Below, piece by piece: positions 35,965-46,404 of a stretch of DNA of 64,000 bases. The notes below the pieces were generated by a model that did not search any database, was not told the DNA's origin, and saw only the letters and a program-made list of their open reading frames with translations. Each line of letters begins with the position of its first letter. Position 1 is the first letter of the stretch. Origin of the DNA: Flavobacteriales bacterium (GTDB lineage: Bacteria > Bacteroidota > Bacteroidia > Flavobacteriales > Flavobacteriaceae); the NCBI GenBank assembly GCA_027312065.1, contig DAICXR010000004.1, forward strand, positions 15,756-79,755, read 5' to 3'. The translations under genes and the position numbers were made by a program.

Positions 35965-37353
35965 TTAATTTGTTTGAGTTTTTATCCACTTTGTTATTTC
36001 TGTTAAGGCGGTAGGAGAGAACGTTTGTTCAATTGTCACGTATTCTTGTGGTGAACCCGTTACGCATTCCTGAAATAAATGATTTAAGTTAGGAAGTTCA
36101 ATTGCAGTAACCTTTTTATTTCCGCCTTTTGATAAGGCTGCTTTTATGGCTTCTAAATTTTCTTTTGGAGGAACTTGTAAATCTTTTTCACCATTAAGGG
36201 CTAACACCGGACATTTTACTTTTTCTAATGCTGGTGCAGGATTGTATTTGATAAAATAATGCATCCAGGGTGTTGCTATTTGCTGTACTTGCAATTTTAC
36301 AAATTCGTCATCAGTCATTCCGGCTGGTTTTTCAGCGCTGGGATTTTGTTTGAAGTAGTTGGTTAAATCGGTTTGCAATTGCTCGGTGCTGGTAGATTTA
36401 TTGGTAATGTCAAATATTTTGGTATTGTTTAATTTTACTTTTTGTAATGCTTCCTCACTCATTCCCGATGCTTTCCCTATTAATTGTTGCTGTAATAAAA
36501 GCAATTGGTTTCCCTGAATTCCTGTTCCTGCAAGCAAAACAATAAAGGCTATGTCTTTGGATTGACTGGCAACCATCGGTGCAATTATTCCTCCTTCACT
36601 GTGTCCGATTAAGCCAATTTTACTTTTGTTGATTTCTTTTCTGGATTTTAAAAACGCAATTCCGGCTTCAACGTCTGTGGCAAAATCTGTTGTTGTAGCG
36701 GTTTTAAAATCGCCTTTTGAGGCTGCAACTCCTCTGTCGTCATAGCGTAAAACGGCAATTCCATTTTTTGTTAAGTAGTCAGAAAGTACAAGAAATGGTT
36801 TGTGACCTAATAATTCCTCGTCTCTGTTTTGAGGTCCGCTGCCGCTAATCAAAATTACCGCCGGAAAAACACCGTCTTGTTTAGGCAATGTTAGCGTTCC
36901 CGCTAAAGTGATTCCTGCTTTTTTATTTTCGAAAATAATATCTTCAGAATAATAAGAATACGGTTTTTTAGGCTCTTGTGGTCGAATAAGAACTTCTTTT
37001 TCCGCTTTTTCTTTTGATAAATTCAGAGGAAAACTTTGCCCGCCTTGTTTAAAATTTCCAACAATGATGTTGTCTTTTCCTAAGGTTCCCTCGTATTCAA
37101 TTTGGGCTTGACTGATTCCGATTTTTAAAACCGAATTTTCAAAACTACTACTGCTTACCGGAATTCCTTTGGCTCCCTGATCCGGACTGTCCATTGTTGC
37201 ACTGATGCCATTTGCTGTTTTTTCGATATTAAATACCAATCTTAATTGTGCTCCCGGAACTTTTAAAACGCCATTCCATTGTCCTGTAATTTCCTGTCCA
37301 AAAAATGTTAGAGAAATTAATCCCGCTAGTATTGTAAATGCTAATTTTTTCAT
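35965..37353 (-). CDS. Secreted alpha/beta hydrolase (S9/dienelactone-hydrolase-like)
   Basis: 462 aa with a signal peptide, nucleophile elbow GHSEGG and a C-terminal NHLF. Confidence 0.8.
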   Translation of the reverse strand: MKKLAFTILAGLISLTFFGQEITGQWNGVLKVPGAQLRLVFNIEKTANGISATMDSPDQGAKGIPVSSSSFENSVLKIGISQAQIEYEGTLGKDNIIVGNFKQGGQSFPLNLSKEKAEKEVLIRPQEPKKPYSYYSEDIIFENKKAGITLAGTLTLPKQDGVFPAVILISGSGPQNRDEELLGHKPFLVLSDYLTKNGIAVLRYDDRGVAASKGDFKTATTTDFATDVEAGIAFLKSRKEINKSKIGLIGHSEGGIIAPMVASQSKDIAFIVLLAGTGIQGNQLLLLQQQLIGKASGMSEEALQKVKLNNTKIFDITNKSTSTEQLQTDLTNYFKQNPSAEKPAGMTDDEFVKLQVQQIATPWMHYFIKYNPAPALEKVKCPVLALNGEKDLQVPPKENLEAIKAALSKGGNKKVTAIELPNLNHLFQECVTGSPQEYVTIEQTFSPTALTEITKWIKTQTN

Positions 37354-37883
37354 TGGTTGTTAATGTTTTTTTTTAATTCAATTTTTCCATCAAATTCTTT
37401 TGATTGGGTGTAAAGTCTAATTCCTAAAATTCTCCAATCGATTGAACCTGAGACATGATATTCATATAAATTATTGTGTACTTTATTTAAAAATACAGTA
37501 GAAGGTTTCCATTCGGTTCCCATTTCGATTCCTGTTCTGTTTACATAAGCAGTTAATAATTTAATTTCATTATTATTTTCACTGTATTTGATTGACATGT
37601 GAAAATCTGTTAGTAGATTTTGTTCAAGTTTCTTCTCATTTAAATGTTCGTTTCCTTCAAATTTTTCAGATTCCATTTTCGGGGATACGTTCTGTAAATC
37701 AAAGGTTTTAATTCTATCATTTTCATCTTTTGAATTTACTTTAAAGGATAAAAGACCCAAAACAAGAACAAGCGTGGCTATTCCTCCTAAATTTTCACGA
37801 ATAACTTTAACTGCTTTAAAGCAAATAATTATAAAGTAAATTAATAGGGCAAAATTGAGTATTCCCCAGATTAGTTCTAGCAT
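37350..37883 (-). CDS. Hypothetical membrane protein
   Basis: 177 aa with two N-terminal TM helices. Overlaps the downstream hydrolase gene by 4 bp (ATGA). Confidence 0.45.
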   Translation of the reverse strand: MLELIWGILNFALLIYFIIICFKAVKVIRENLGGIATLVLVLGLLSFKVNSKDENDRIKTFDLQNVSPKMESEKFEGNEHLNEKKLEQNLLTDFHMSIKYSENNNEIKLLTAYVNRTGIEMGTEWKPSTVFLNKVHNNLYEYHVSGSIDWRILGIRLYTQSKEFDGKIELKKNINNQ

Positions 37884-38124
37884 AATGATGATGTTTTCTT
37901 TGTTTTTCTATTCGTTTAACTCAAAAGATTTGATAAAATCATAAAAATCTATTCGTTTGTGTTTAGGTTTAATGGATTGTCAATATTCTTTCTTAATCCA
38001 AATATACTTATTTTTTCTTACAAAATAGTAAAGTCAATTTCAATTGCAACAGTCAATTGCAATTACAATAATAAAGCCTTGTTTAAACATCTTGAACTCC
38101 TTGAAATTCAATAAATAAAAAAGC

Positions 38125-38155
38125 TTGGTTGGCTTGCGAAAATTTTATAATTTTG
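38125..38155 (+). promoter_or_regulatory. Candidate Bacteroidota promoter for tig (TTG-N20-TAATTTTG)
   Basis: TAATTTTG at 38148-38155 and TTG at 38125-38127, about 35 nt upstream of the tig ATG. Confidence 0.45.
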
Positions 38156-38189
38156 CCAGCCAATTTTATTATGTAAATTAAAGAAGAAG

Positions 38190-39515
38190 ATGGATATTAA
38201 AAGAGTAGCAATTGATGCTGTAACTGAAACCATTGTAATGACTGTGGTACACATGGATTACAAGGGACAAGTAGCCAAAAGAATCAACGAAAAAATGCCT
38301 TTAGCGCAAGTAAAAGGATTTAGAAAAGGGGCTGTGCCTAAAGACTTAGTTGAAAAACAATACGGTAGAGAGATTAAAAAAGAAGAAGTTAAGAAAGTTG
38401 TTGACTTGGCTTTAGAGCGTTATATTCAATCTGAAAGATTAAATCTTCTTGGAACTCCACTTGCTAAAGAGAATGAAGAGTTGGATTGGTCTGCTGAAGA
38501 ATTGACTTTTGAATTCGAAATTGGTTTAGTGCCAAACTTCGAATTAGACTTAGATGCTAAAAACGATATCGTAAAATATATAGTTACTGCTGATGATAAA
38601 TTAATCGACGGACAAGTAGCTCGTATCCAAAAACAATTTGGTACTGCAATTCCTCAGGAAGCTGTTGAAGCTACTTCTGATATTAAAGGAATTTTCACAA
38701 ACGAAGCGGAAGGAATCGGTAACACAACTACTATTTCTTTAGATATTTTCAAAGACAAAGCTACTGCTGATAAATTCATCGGTAAAAAAGTGGGTGATGT
38801 AGTTACTGTAAACACAAGCGGTTTATTTGAAGACGATCACCAATTGATGGATTACTTAAAAGTAGGTCATGATAATGTTCACGGTTTAGCTGTTGATGTA
38901 GATTTCACTATCGAAGCAATCACTGTTTCTGAGCCAGCTGAATTGAACCAGGAATTGTTCGACAAATTGTTCGGAGAAGGAAATGTAGCTTCATTGGAAG
39001 ATTTGAAAGGAAAAATCAAAGAAGACGCTGAAACTCAATTTGCTCAACAAGCTGACCAAAAATTATTAGGTGATGTTACTGAGTTTTTAATCGAAAACAC
39101 AAAATTCGAATTGCCTTCTGAGTTCCTTAAAAAATGGTTGCAAACTGTAGGTGAGAAAAAATTATCTCCAGAAGAAGCTGAAGTAGAATATGCACGTTCT
39201 GAAAAAGGATTGCGTTTCCAATTAATCGAAGGAAAAGCTTTGGCTCAAAATGATATCAAAATTACTTTTGAAGACTTAAAAACTTTTACAGCTAAAAACA
39301 TCAGAGTTCAAATGGCTCAATTCGGGCAAACAAATCCTACTGAAGAAGAAGTTCAAGGAATTGTAGCTAGAGTTTTGTCTAACCAAGACGAAGTAAAAAG
39401 ACTTTCTGATCAAGTAGTTGCTGAAAAATTATTGGAATTGTTCAAAGAAAAAGCAAACCCAACAACTAAAGAAGTTACTTACGATGAATTTATTGCTGCG
39501 TCTTACGGAGAATAA
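38190..39515 (+). CDS. tig: Trigger factor
   Basis: 441 aa with the GFRKGAVPKDLVEKQYG ribosome-binding signature. Lies in the conserved position upstream of clpP-clpX. Confidence 0.9.
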   Translation: MDIKRVAIDAVTETIVMTVVHMDYKGQVAKRINEKMPLAQVKGFRKGAVPKDLVEKQYGREIKKEEVKKVVDLALERYIQSERLNLLGTPLAKENEELDWSAEELTFEFEIGLVPNFELDLDAKNDIVKYIVTADDKLIDGQVARIQKQFGTAIPQEAVEATSDIKGIFTNEAEGIGNTTTISLDIFKDKATADKFIGKKVGDVVTVNTSGLFEDDHQLMDYLKVGHDNVHGLAVDVDFTIEAITVSEPAELNQELFDKLFGEGNVASLEDLKGKIKEDAETQFAQQADQKLLGDVTEFLIENTKFELPSEFLKKWLQTVGEKKLSPEEAEVEYARSEKGLRFQLIEGKALAQNDIKITFEDLKTFTAKNIRVQMAQFGQTNPTEEEVQGIVARVLSNQDEVKRLSDQVVAEKLLELFKEKANPTTKEVTYDEFIAASYGE

Positions 39516-39571
39516 ATAATTTCGTGAATAGCTGTAGGCATTAGCCAAAAGTTAAAAAAATAGTTATATTT

Positions 39572-39608
39572 GAGCGTCAGAAGTTTTTTTTTGACGCTCT
39601 TTTGTTTT
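39572..39608 (+). terminator. Rho-independent terminator after tig
   Basis: Hairpin GAGCGTCA-gaagttttttttt-TGACGCTC followed by TTTTGTTTT. Confidence 0.7.
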
Positions 39609-39860
39609 AAATTGTTTCAGGAGCAAAACCAGCTATACGCTGCAAGTTTTTTCATTTGTTTCTGTTTTTTTAAAATTCTTGCAAGAGCTTCCTCTGGTCG
39701 CTTTACAAGAATAAAAAAAACTAAAAAACAAATTTCAAAAAGTTTTGCGCTTTTATCTGGGCTAAAAAAACAAGACATAATGGCATTATTTACAAAGAGG
39801 TACAACCTTTGTACAAATAAAAGAGAACAAGATATAACGTAAAACTTAGAACCAATACAT

Positions 39861-40532
39861 ATGAACTACGGTAAAGAATTTAAAAAGTTTGCTACAAAGC
39901 ACCAAGGAGTAAATGCCATGTATTACGATAAAATCGTAGCGGCAATGAATCCTACTAATATGACTCCATACATTATTGAAGAACGTCAATTGAATATTTC
40001 GCAATTAGACGTTTTCTCAAGATTAATGATGGACAGAATCATTTTCCTTGGAACAGGAATTGATGACCAAATTGCAAACATCGTTCAGGCGCAATTGCTT
40101 TTCTTAGAAAGCGCCGATGCTTCCAAGGATATTCAAATTTATTTGAACTCTCCAGGAGGAAGTGTTTACGCAGGTTTAGGAATTTATGACACCATGCAAT
40201 ACATCAAACCTGATGTAGCAACTATTTGTACAGGAATGGCAGCTTCTATGGGAGCAGTATTGTTGTGTGCAGGTGCAGCAGGAAAACGTTCGGCTTTACC
40301 ACATTCAAGAGTAATGATTCACCAACCATCAGGAGGAGCACAAGGAGTTGCAACTGATATGGAAATCAACTTACGTGAAATGTTGAAACTAAAAGATGAA
40401 TTGTATCATATTATTTCTCAACATTCAGGACAAACTTTTGATAAAGTACACAAAGACAGTGAGCGTGATTACTGGATGATTGCTGAAGAAGCAAAAGAAT
40501 ACGGAATGATTGATGAGGTTTTAAAAAGATAA
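39861..40532 (+). CDS. clpP: ATP-dependent Clp protease proteolytic subunit
   Basis: 223 aa with catalytic Ser in TICTGMAASMGAVLL, His in RVMIHQP and a conserved Asp region. Confidence 0.95.
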   Translation: MNYGKEFKKFATKHQGVNAMYYDKIVAAMNPTNMTPYIIEERQLNISQLDVFSRLMMDRIIFLGTGIDDQIANIVQAQLLFLESADASKDIQIYLNSPGGSVYAGLGIYDTMQYIKPDVATICTGMAASMGAVLLCAGAAGKRSALPHSRVMIHQPSGGAQGVATDMEINLREMLKLKDELYHIISQHSGQTFDKVHKDSERDYWMIAEEAKEYGMIDEVLKR

Positions 40533-40548
40533 TTTAGATGGAAGTCAG

Positions 40549-40605
40549 AAGTTGGAAGCAAGGAAAACACCTAACTTCTAACTTCTAACTTCCTTCTTCC
40601 AACTT
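40549..40605 (+). repeat. Long hairpin / REP-like element between clpP and clpX
   Basis: AAGTTGGAAGCAAGGAA - 24 nt loop containing TAACTTCTAACTTCTAAC - TTCCTTCTTCCAACTT. Confidence 0.6.
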
Positions 40606-40611
40606 AAAAAG

Positions 40612-41844
40612 ATGGCAAAAGAAGTATTAGAATGTTCGTTTTGTGGAAGGAAAAAGCCAGAAACCAATTTATTGATTGCTGGTATTAATGCGCACATTTG
40701 CGACAGATGTATCGAACAAGCTCACGGAATTGTTCTTGAAGAATTAAAATCAAGCGGAAGTTCAAAATTAGTTGGTGATTTGATTTTGCAAAAGCCAAAA
40801 GAAATTAGAGCTTTCCTGGATCAATATGTAATTGGGCAAGACCAAACTAAAAAAGTAATGTCGGTGGCGGTTTACAATCACTACAAGCGTTTGATGCAAC
40901 AGCAACTGGACGATGAGGTAGAGATTGAAAAAAGTAACATCATCATGGTGGGACAAACTGGAACTGGAAAAACATTGGTTGCAAAAACTATTGCTAAGAT
41001 GTTAGATGTTCCTTTGGCTATTGTAGATGCTACGGTTTTAACCGAGGCTGGTTATGTAGGAGAAGATGTGGAAACTATTTTGACACGTCTTTTACAAGCT
41101 GCTGATTATGATGTGGCTAAGGCTGAACGCGGAATTGTATTTATTGACGAAATAGATAAAATTGCCCGTAAAAGCGATAATCCATCCATTACTCGTGACG
41201 TTTCTGGTGAAGGTGTGCAACAAGCCTTATTGAAATTATTAGAAGGAACAGTTGTAAACGTACCACCAAAAGGAGGGCGTAAACATCCAGACCAAAAATT
41301 TGTAGAAGTAAATACCCAAAACATTTTGTTTATTGCAGGTGGTGCTTTTGATGGAGTGGAAAGAATTATTTCTAAACGATTGAATCGTCAAGCGGTTGGA
41401 TATTCTACTTCAAAAAATGTAGATAATATTGACAAGGAAAACTTATTGCAATACATTATCCCAAAAGACATCAAAGATTTTGGATTGATTCCGGAAATCA
41501 TTGGTCGTTTGCCGGTGTTAACGCACATGGATCCTTTAGATAGAGAAACATTAAGAGCTATTTTAACGCAACCTAAAAATGCTTTAATCAAACAATACCA
41601 AAAGTTATTCTTAATGGATGATGTGGAATTCACTATCACCAATGATGCTTTGGATTTTATTGTAGATAAAGCGTTAGAATATAAATTAGGAGCTCGTGGA
41701 TTGCGTTCGCTTTGTGAGGCTATCCTAACCGATGCGATGTATGAATTACCAAGTTCTGATGATAAAATATTAGAAATTGATGTAGATTATGCAAAGGAAA
41801 CTTTGAATAAAAATTTATTGAAACGTTTGGAAATTGCATCTTAA
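40612..41844 (+). CDS. clpX: ATP-dependent Clp protease ATP-binding subunit ClpX
   Basis: 410 aa with zinc-finger CSFCGRKK...CDRC, Walker A GQTGTGKT and Walker [10 protein letters not shown]. Confidence 0.97.
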   Translation: MAKEVLECSFCGRKKPETNLLIAGINAHICDRCIEQAHGIVLEELKSSGSSKLVGDLILQKPKEIRAFLDQYVIGQDQTKKVMSVAVYNHYKRLMQQQLDDEVEIEKSNIIMVGQTGTGKTLVAKTIAKMLDVPLAIVDATVLTEAGYVGEDVETILTRLLQAADYDVAKAERGIVFIDEIDKIARKSDNPSITRDVSGEGVQQALLKLLEGTVVNVPPKGGRKHPDQKFVEVNTQNILFIAGGAFDGVERIISKRLNRQAVGYSTSKNVDNIDKENLLQYIIPKDIKDFGLIPEIIGRLPVLTHMDPLDRETLRAILTQPKNALIKQYQKLFLMDDVEFTITNDALDFIVDKALEYKLGARGLRSLCEAILTDAMYELPSSDDKILEIDVDYAKETLNKNLLKRLEIAS

Positions 41845-41872
41845 AAAGATTTCTTTTTTATTACAATACTTA

Positions 41873-41907
41873 AAACCTGTTCATTAATTTGAGCAGGTTT
41901 TTTTTTA
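41873..41907 (+). terminator. Rho-independent terminator after clpX
   Basis: Hairpin AAACCTGTTC-attaattt-GAGCAGGTTT followed by a T-run. Confidence 0.75.
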
Positions 41908-41986
41908 TATAATTGTTTTTAATTTGTATAAGAAAATATTTATACATTTGAAGTGTTTCACAATCATTAATAAATAAGATAAATTT

Positions 41987-43888
41987 ATGTTACAAAAGAT
42001 TTCAATACCTATACTGATTTTTGTAATCGCTAGTTGTTCATCTGTTAAAAAGAATACAATAACTAATAATGATAACAAATTAAAATCTATTGGAAAAGTT
42101 GAATCGGTCAGTACAAAGCCAATTAAGACAACTCAAATTGTAAATTATTCAGGAATACCCGGGATTAAAGATACTTACTTTAATAATGCTTCAAGTGCTA
42201 TTAATTATAAAGGAACTGTTTTATTAACTGATACAGGTAATAATCTTATTAGACAGATTAAGGATAATCAGATTTCCACATTTGCGGCTAATGGTCAAAA
42301 AGAGAATATAGCAGGACAATATACCAAAGTTTCATTAAATAATCCGGAAAACATCATTGTTGATAGTAAAAATAATATTTATGTTTCCACAGATTATGAT
42401 CAAATTTTTAAAATTGACACTCTGGGTAATGTTAGTCATTTTGCTGGGAAATATTCTAAGAGTGGATATGATGTCGCAGTAGACGGTCAAAAAGAGACGG
42501 CTATGTTTAAATTTATTTCAGCTTTAGTTGTAGATAAAAATGATGAAATATATGTTGCAGATAAAAATAAAATCAGAAAAATTGGGTCTGATGGAAAAGT
42601 AACTACTGTTACCGGGAAAGATATAACTGGAGATCAGCAAGGAGAAGCTGGTGAAGCTTTGTTTAATCAAATTTCTGATATAGCTTTAAACAATGAAAAT
42701 GAACTTTTTATTGTTGATCAAGTAAATAGGAAAATTAAAAAATTAGGTGTAGATGGATTGATAACAACTTTTATACCTAATGGAATAATTAAATGGCCGT
42801 CATCAATTGCGTTAACTAGCAAAGGATATGTTTTAGTATTTGATAGTTCTGATAAAATATTGTATGCGTTTGATAAACAAGGTAGATTAAGGAAATCTTT
42901 AAAGAGTGATGGTTTGAGTTCTCAGGACTTTTCATTTCATGTCAAAATTACTGTAGATGATGATAATAATATTATAGTTCCATCTAAAGATTTTGTAAAT
43001 ATCATTGATAAAGATACGCAGATAATTCAAATTGGTGAGAAAAATGGTAGTTGTAGAAATGGGATTATAAATAAAGCGACATTTAGTTATCCTTATGATG
43101 GGGTTTTTGATACTAGTGGCAATCTTTATGTTATAGATAAAGGAAATTTGGTGATTCGAAAAATTTCATCAGACGGAATGGTAAGTACTTTTTCCGGAAA
43201 TGGAAAATATGGTAACAAGGTAGGAATGCCACAAAATACAAGTTTTACAAATGCCGAAGCCATATCAATTGACAATTTGGGAAATCTTTATGTTATAGAT
43301 GGGGATTTTAAAAATGTACAGATAAAAAAAATTGATGTAAATGGACAATCCTCAATTTATATTGATCCCAAAAGCAAAAATTTAGATTATAAAAGATGGA
43401 ATGATTTGGTTTTTGATTCTGAAAATAACCTATATGTTTCTGATAATTATGCAAATAAAATTTTCAAATTTGATGCTTCGGGTAAAGAAATTCAGTTTAA
43501 TTTATCGGTAGCATTGAATGGTCCAGCAGGACTTACAGTTGATAAAAATGACAATCTGTTTATTTGTGATTCTAACACAAATAGAATTTTGAAAGTTTCA
43601 AAAAATAATGACGTGAAATTAATAGCTCCTAGCGGAATTATATTAGATGAACCAGAGAATATTACAATTGATGCTTCAGGGAATATCTATGTCACTGATA
43701 GAAAAAGAACCCGAATTATAAAGATAGATCAAAATTTGGATGCGGAGATTTTTCTTGAAGACTCTTCTTTAGGCAAAAACAAAAACCATAATTTAAGTGA
43801 GTATACTAATACATTAAAAATAGAGTCATTTAAGGATGATGTTTATGTGTTTGATAAGTATGATAACCAGATTTTTAAATTGAAATAA
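41987..43888 (+). CDS. NHL-repeat beta-propeller lipoprotein
   Basis: 633 aa with lipobox FVIASC-SS. Has more than ten NHL-like repeats, e.g. LNNPENIIVDSKNNIYVSTD, LNGPAGLTVDKNDNLFICDSNTNRILKV and DEPENITIDASGNIYVTDRKRTRIIKI. Confidence 0.75.
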   Translation: MLQKISIPILIFVIASCSSVKKNTITNNDNKLKSIGKVESVSTKPIKTTQIVNYSGIPGIKDTYFNNASSAINYKGTVLLTDTGNNLIRQIKDNQISTFAANGQKENIAGQYTKVSLNNPENIIVDSKNNIYVSTDYDQIFKIDTLGNVSHFAGKYSKSGYDVAVDGQKETAMFKFISALVVDKNDEIYVADKNKIRKIGSDGKVTTVTGKDITGDQQGEAGEALFNQISDIALNNENELFIVDQVNRKIKKLGVDGLITTFIPNGIIKWPSSIALTSKGYVLVFDSSDKILYAFDKQGRLRKSLKSDGLSSQDFSFHVKITVDDDNNIIVPSKDFVNIIDKDTQIIQIGEKNGSCRNGIINKATFSYPYDGVFDTSGNLYVIDKGNLVIRKISSDGMVSTFSGNGKYGNKVGMPQNTSFTNAEAISIDNLGNLYVIDGDFKNVQIKKIDVNGQSSIYIDPKSKNLDYKRWNDLVFDSENNLYVSDNYANKIFKFDASGKEIQFNLSVALNGPAGLTVDKNDNLFICDSNTNRILKVSKNNDVKLIAPSGIILDEPENITIDASGNIYVTDRKRTRIIKIDQNLDAEIFLEDSSLGKNKNHNLSEYTNTLKIESFKDDVYVFDKYDNQIFKLK

Positions 43889-43979
43889 TTAGCTGTCGTT
43901 ACAAAGCGTATTTTTTATATGTAAAATTTATTGAAGCGTTTAGAGATTGCTTCTTAATTTTTTTGATTTATAAAATTTC

Positions 43980-44017
43980 AAACCCGTCTCGTTTTTTAGA
44001 ACGAGACGGGTTTTTTT
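43980..44017 (+). terminator. Rho-independent terminator
   Basis: Hairpin AACCCGTCTCGT-tttttaga-ACGAGACGGGTT followed by T7. Confidence 0.85.
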
Positions 44018-44127
44018 ATACGGATTATTTCTTTAAAATTAACTCTTTGTAAAAAACACATAATCTGCTTTTTTATACGCAATATATTGTCGATTTTTGT
44101 CGCTTCTAAAATCAATATAGATTAAAA

Positions 44128-45366
44128 ATGGCAATTGAGGATAAAGAGATTATTTTATTAAAAGTTTCTGGTCAGGATAAACCAGGGGTAACTGCTGGTT
44201 TAACATCAGTGTTGGCAACATACAATGCCATTGTTTTAGACATTGGACAAGCCGATATTCACGATACACTTTCTTTAGGGATTTTGTTCGAAATTGAAGC
44301 AGGTTCTTCTTCAGCGCCAGTTTTAAAAGACTTGTTGTTTAAGGCTTATGAGTTAGGAATTAAAGTAAAGTTTATTCCAATTACTATTGCTGATTATGAA
44401 AAATGGGTAAAAGCCCAGTCTAAACAGCGTTACATCATTAATATTTTAGGCGAAACATTAGCTGCGTCTCAATTAGCTGCAGTGGCTCAAATAATGTCCG
44501 ACCAAAACTTAAATATTGATTCTATAAAAAGATTAACAGGAAGAACATCTATTGTAGAAACAGAGGTGTATCCTCGTTCTTGTATTCAATTATCAGTTTC
44601 GGGAGAAATTGTAGATAAAACTGTGATGACTGCTAGTTTTATGGAAATTTCCAGAACCTTAGATGTCGATATTTCTTTCCAGGAAGATAACATTTACAGA
44701 AGAAACAGACGTTTAGTGTGTTTCGATATGGATTCTACATTGATTCAAACGGAAGTAATTGATGAATTGGCTGAGTTGGCTGGAGTTGGTGAGCAAGTAA
44801 GAGCCATTACTGAATCGGCAATGAATGGTGAGATTGATTTTAGCGAAAGCTTCAAGAAACGCATGGCTTTGTTAGAAGGGTTGAGCGAAGATGTGTTGCA
44901 TAATGTGGCGATCAATTTGCCAATTACAAAAGGAGCACACCGTTTGATGAAAGCTTTGAAATATTACGGTTATAAAACCGCTATTTTGTCTGGAGGTTTT
45001 ACTTATTTTGGTCATTATTTGCAAAAAGAATTAGGTATTGATTATGTTCATGCCAATGAATTGGAAATTAAAGACGGAAAACTAACAGGAAACTATATTG
45101 GCGAAATTGTTGATGGTCAAAAGAAAGCCGAATTTTTACAAGCTATTGCCGAGAAAGAAGGAATTCACATCAATCAAACTATTGCTGTGGGCGATGGAGC
45201 GAATGATTTACCAATGATTAATTTGGCTGGACTAGGAATTGCTTTTCATGCTAAACCTACGGTAAAAGAAAGCGCAGCTACTTCTATTTCGAGTTTAGGT
45301 CTTGATGGTGTTTTGTATCTTTTAGGATACCACGACCGACACATTGATATGATGGACGATATTTAA
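44128..45366 (+). CDS. serB: Phosphoserine phosphatase with N-terminal ACT domains
   Basis: 412 aa with HAD motifs VCFDMDSTLI, ILSGGF and GDGANDLPM. The N-terminus is ACT-like. Confidence 0.85.
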   Translation: MAIEDKEIILLKVSGQDKPGVTAGLTSVLATYNAIVLDIGQADIHDTLSLGILFEIEAGSSSAPVLKDLLFKAYELGIKVKFIPITIADYEKWVKAQSKQRYIINILGETLAASQLAAVAQIMSDQNLNIDSIKRLTGRTSIVETEVYPRSCIQLSVSGEIVDKTVMTASFMEISRTLDVDISFQEDNIYRRNRRLVCFDMDSTLIQTEVIDELAELAGVGEQVRAITESAMNGEIDFSESFKKRMALLEGLSEDVLHNVAINLPITKGAHRLMKALKYYGYKTAILSGGFTYFGHYLQKELGIDYVHANELEIKDGKLTGNYIGEIVDGQKKAEFLQAIAEKEGIHINQTIAVGDGANDLPMINLAGLGIAFHAKPTVKESAATSISSLGLDGVLYLLGYHDRHIDMMDDI

Positions 45367-45388
45367 AAAACAAAATAATAACATTTAG

Positions 45389-45424
45389 GAAACCTTAGTT
45401 CTGATTTTGAGCTAAGGTTTTTTT
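45389..45424 (+). terminator. Rho-independent terminator after serB
   Basis: Hairpin AAACCTTAGTT-ctgattttg-AGCTAAGGTTT followed by a T-run. Confidence 0.8.
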
Positions 45425-45478
45425 ATGCGCTATAATTTAAAATCGTATTTTTATAAGACGAACTCAAAATAAAAAACA

Positions 45479-45889
45479 ATGATAACAGTTCAAACAAAAA
45501 TTCAAGCTTCCATAGACAAGATTTGGGATTTATGGACATTGCCGGAGCATATTACCCAGTGGAATATGGCTTCTGAAGACTGGCACACCCCTTTCGCAGA
45601 AAATGATTTGAAAGTAGGTGGTAGATTTAAATCGACTATGGCTTCAAAAGACGGAACAATGAGTTTTGATTTTGTTGGAACTTATTCGGCTATTTTAGAT
45701 AAAAAATTAATTGCTTATACTATCGAAGATGGAAGGGTAGTTATTATAGTTTTTGAGGAGTTGGAAGATGGGTTTGAAGTCAGGGAATATTTTGAGCCGG
45801 AATCAGTGAATTCAGAAGAACTACAATATCAGGGTTGGCAGGCTATTTTAGATAATTTTAAAAAGTATGTCGAAAATAATTTAAGCTAA
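45479..45889 (+). CDS. SRPBCC-superfamily protein (AHSA1/START-like)
   Basis: 136 aa with IWDLWTLPEHITQW and FDFVGTY, typical of the Aha1-like SRPBCC family. Confidence 0.7.
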   Translation: MITVQTKIQASIDKIWDLWTLPEHITQWNMASEDWHTPFAENDLKVGGRFKSTMASKDGTMSFDFVGTYSAILDKKLIAYTIEDGRVVIIVFEELEDGFEVREYFEPESVNSEELQYQGWQAILDNFKKYVENNLS

Positions 45890-45900
45890 ATTCAATAAGG

Positions 45901-46308
45901 ATGGCAAAACAAATATGGCTTAATCTTCCGGTAAAAGACATCAAGAAATCCAAGATGTTCTTTTCTAAACTTGGTTTTTCTTTTAACGAGGAACATGATA
46001 CTGAATATTCTACTTGTTTGTTAGTTGGAGAAAATAATTTTGTAATCATGCTTTTTGAAGAAACTACTTTTGAGGATTTTATAAAAAATAAAATAACAGA
46101 TACCCAGCAAAGTTCAGAAGTGTTAATTTCTATAGATGCCGAAAGTTGGGAAGAGGTTGATGCAATTGCTTATAAAGTAGAGGAAGCAGGAGGGACCGTT
46201 TTTTCAAAACCAGCTTTGAGTCAGGGTTGGATGTATGGCTGTGGTTTTGCGGACTTAGACGGGCATCGTTGGGGCGTTTTGTATATGGATTTTAGTAAAT
46301 TGTCTTAA
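45901..46308 (+). CDS. VOC (glyoxalase/bleomycin-resistance) family protein
   Basis: 135 aa. N-terminus LNLPVKDIKKSKMFFSKLGF and C-terminus FADLDGHRWGVLYM. Confidence 0.75.
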   Translation: MAKQIWLNLPVKDIKKSKMFFSKLGFSFNEEHDTEYSTCLLVGENNFVIMLFEETTFEDFIKNKITDTQQSSEVLISIDAESWEEVDAIAYKVEEAGGTVFSKPALSQGWMYGCGFADLDGHRWGVLYMDFSKLS

Positions 46309-46404
46309 TACTTACCGATATAAAACACTATATTTTTAAAGGTATTAGCTATAATAAAAGAACTTTCAGAGGAATGAATCAATTAATAATTTTAAATAGA
46401 ATTT

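Noticed and set aside
38030-38080. Direct repeats of TCAATTGCAA upstream of tig as a regulatory site.
   Set aside because: They are short, AT-rich and lie about 70 nt upstream of the putative promoter, so there is not enough evidence.
39570-39842. ORFs of 90 aa (+) and 62 aa (-) in the tig-clpP spacer.
   Set aside because: They run through terminator and hairpin sequences and have F/K/C-rich nonsense composition, so I treat the region as non-coding.
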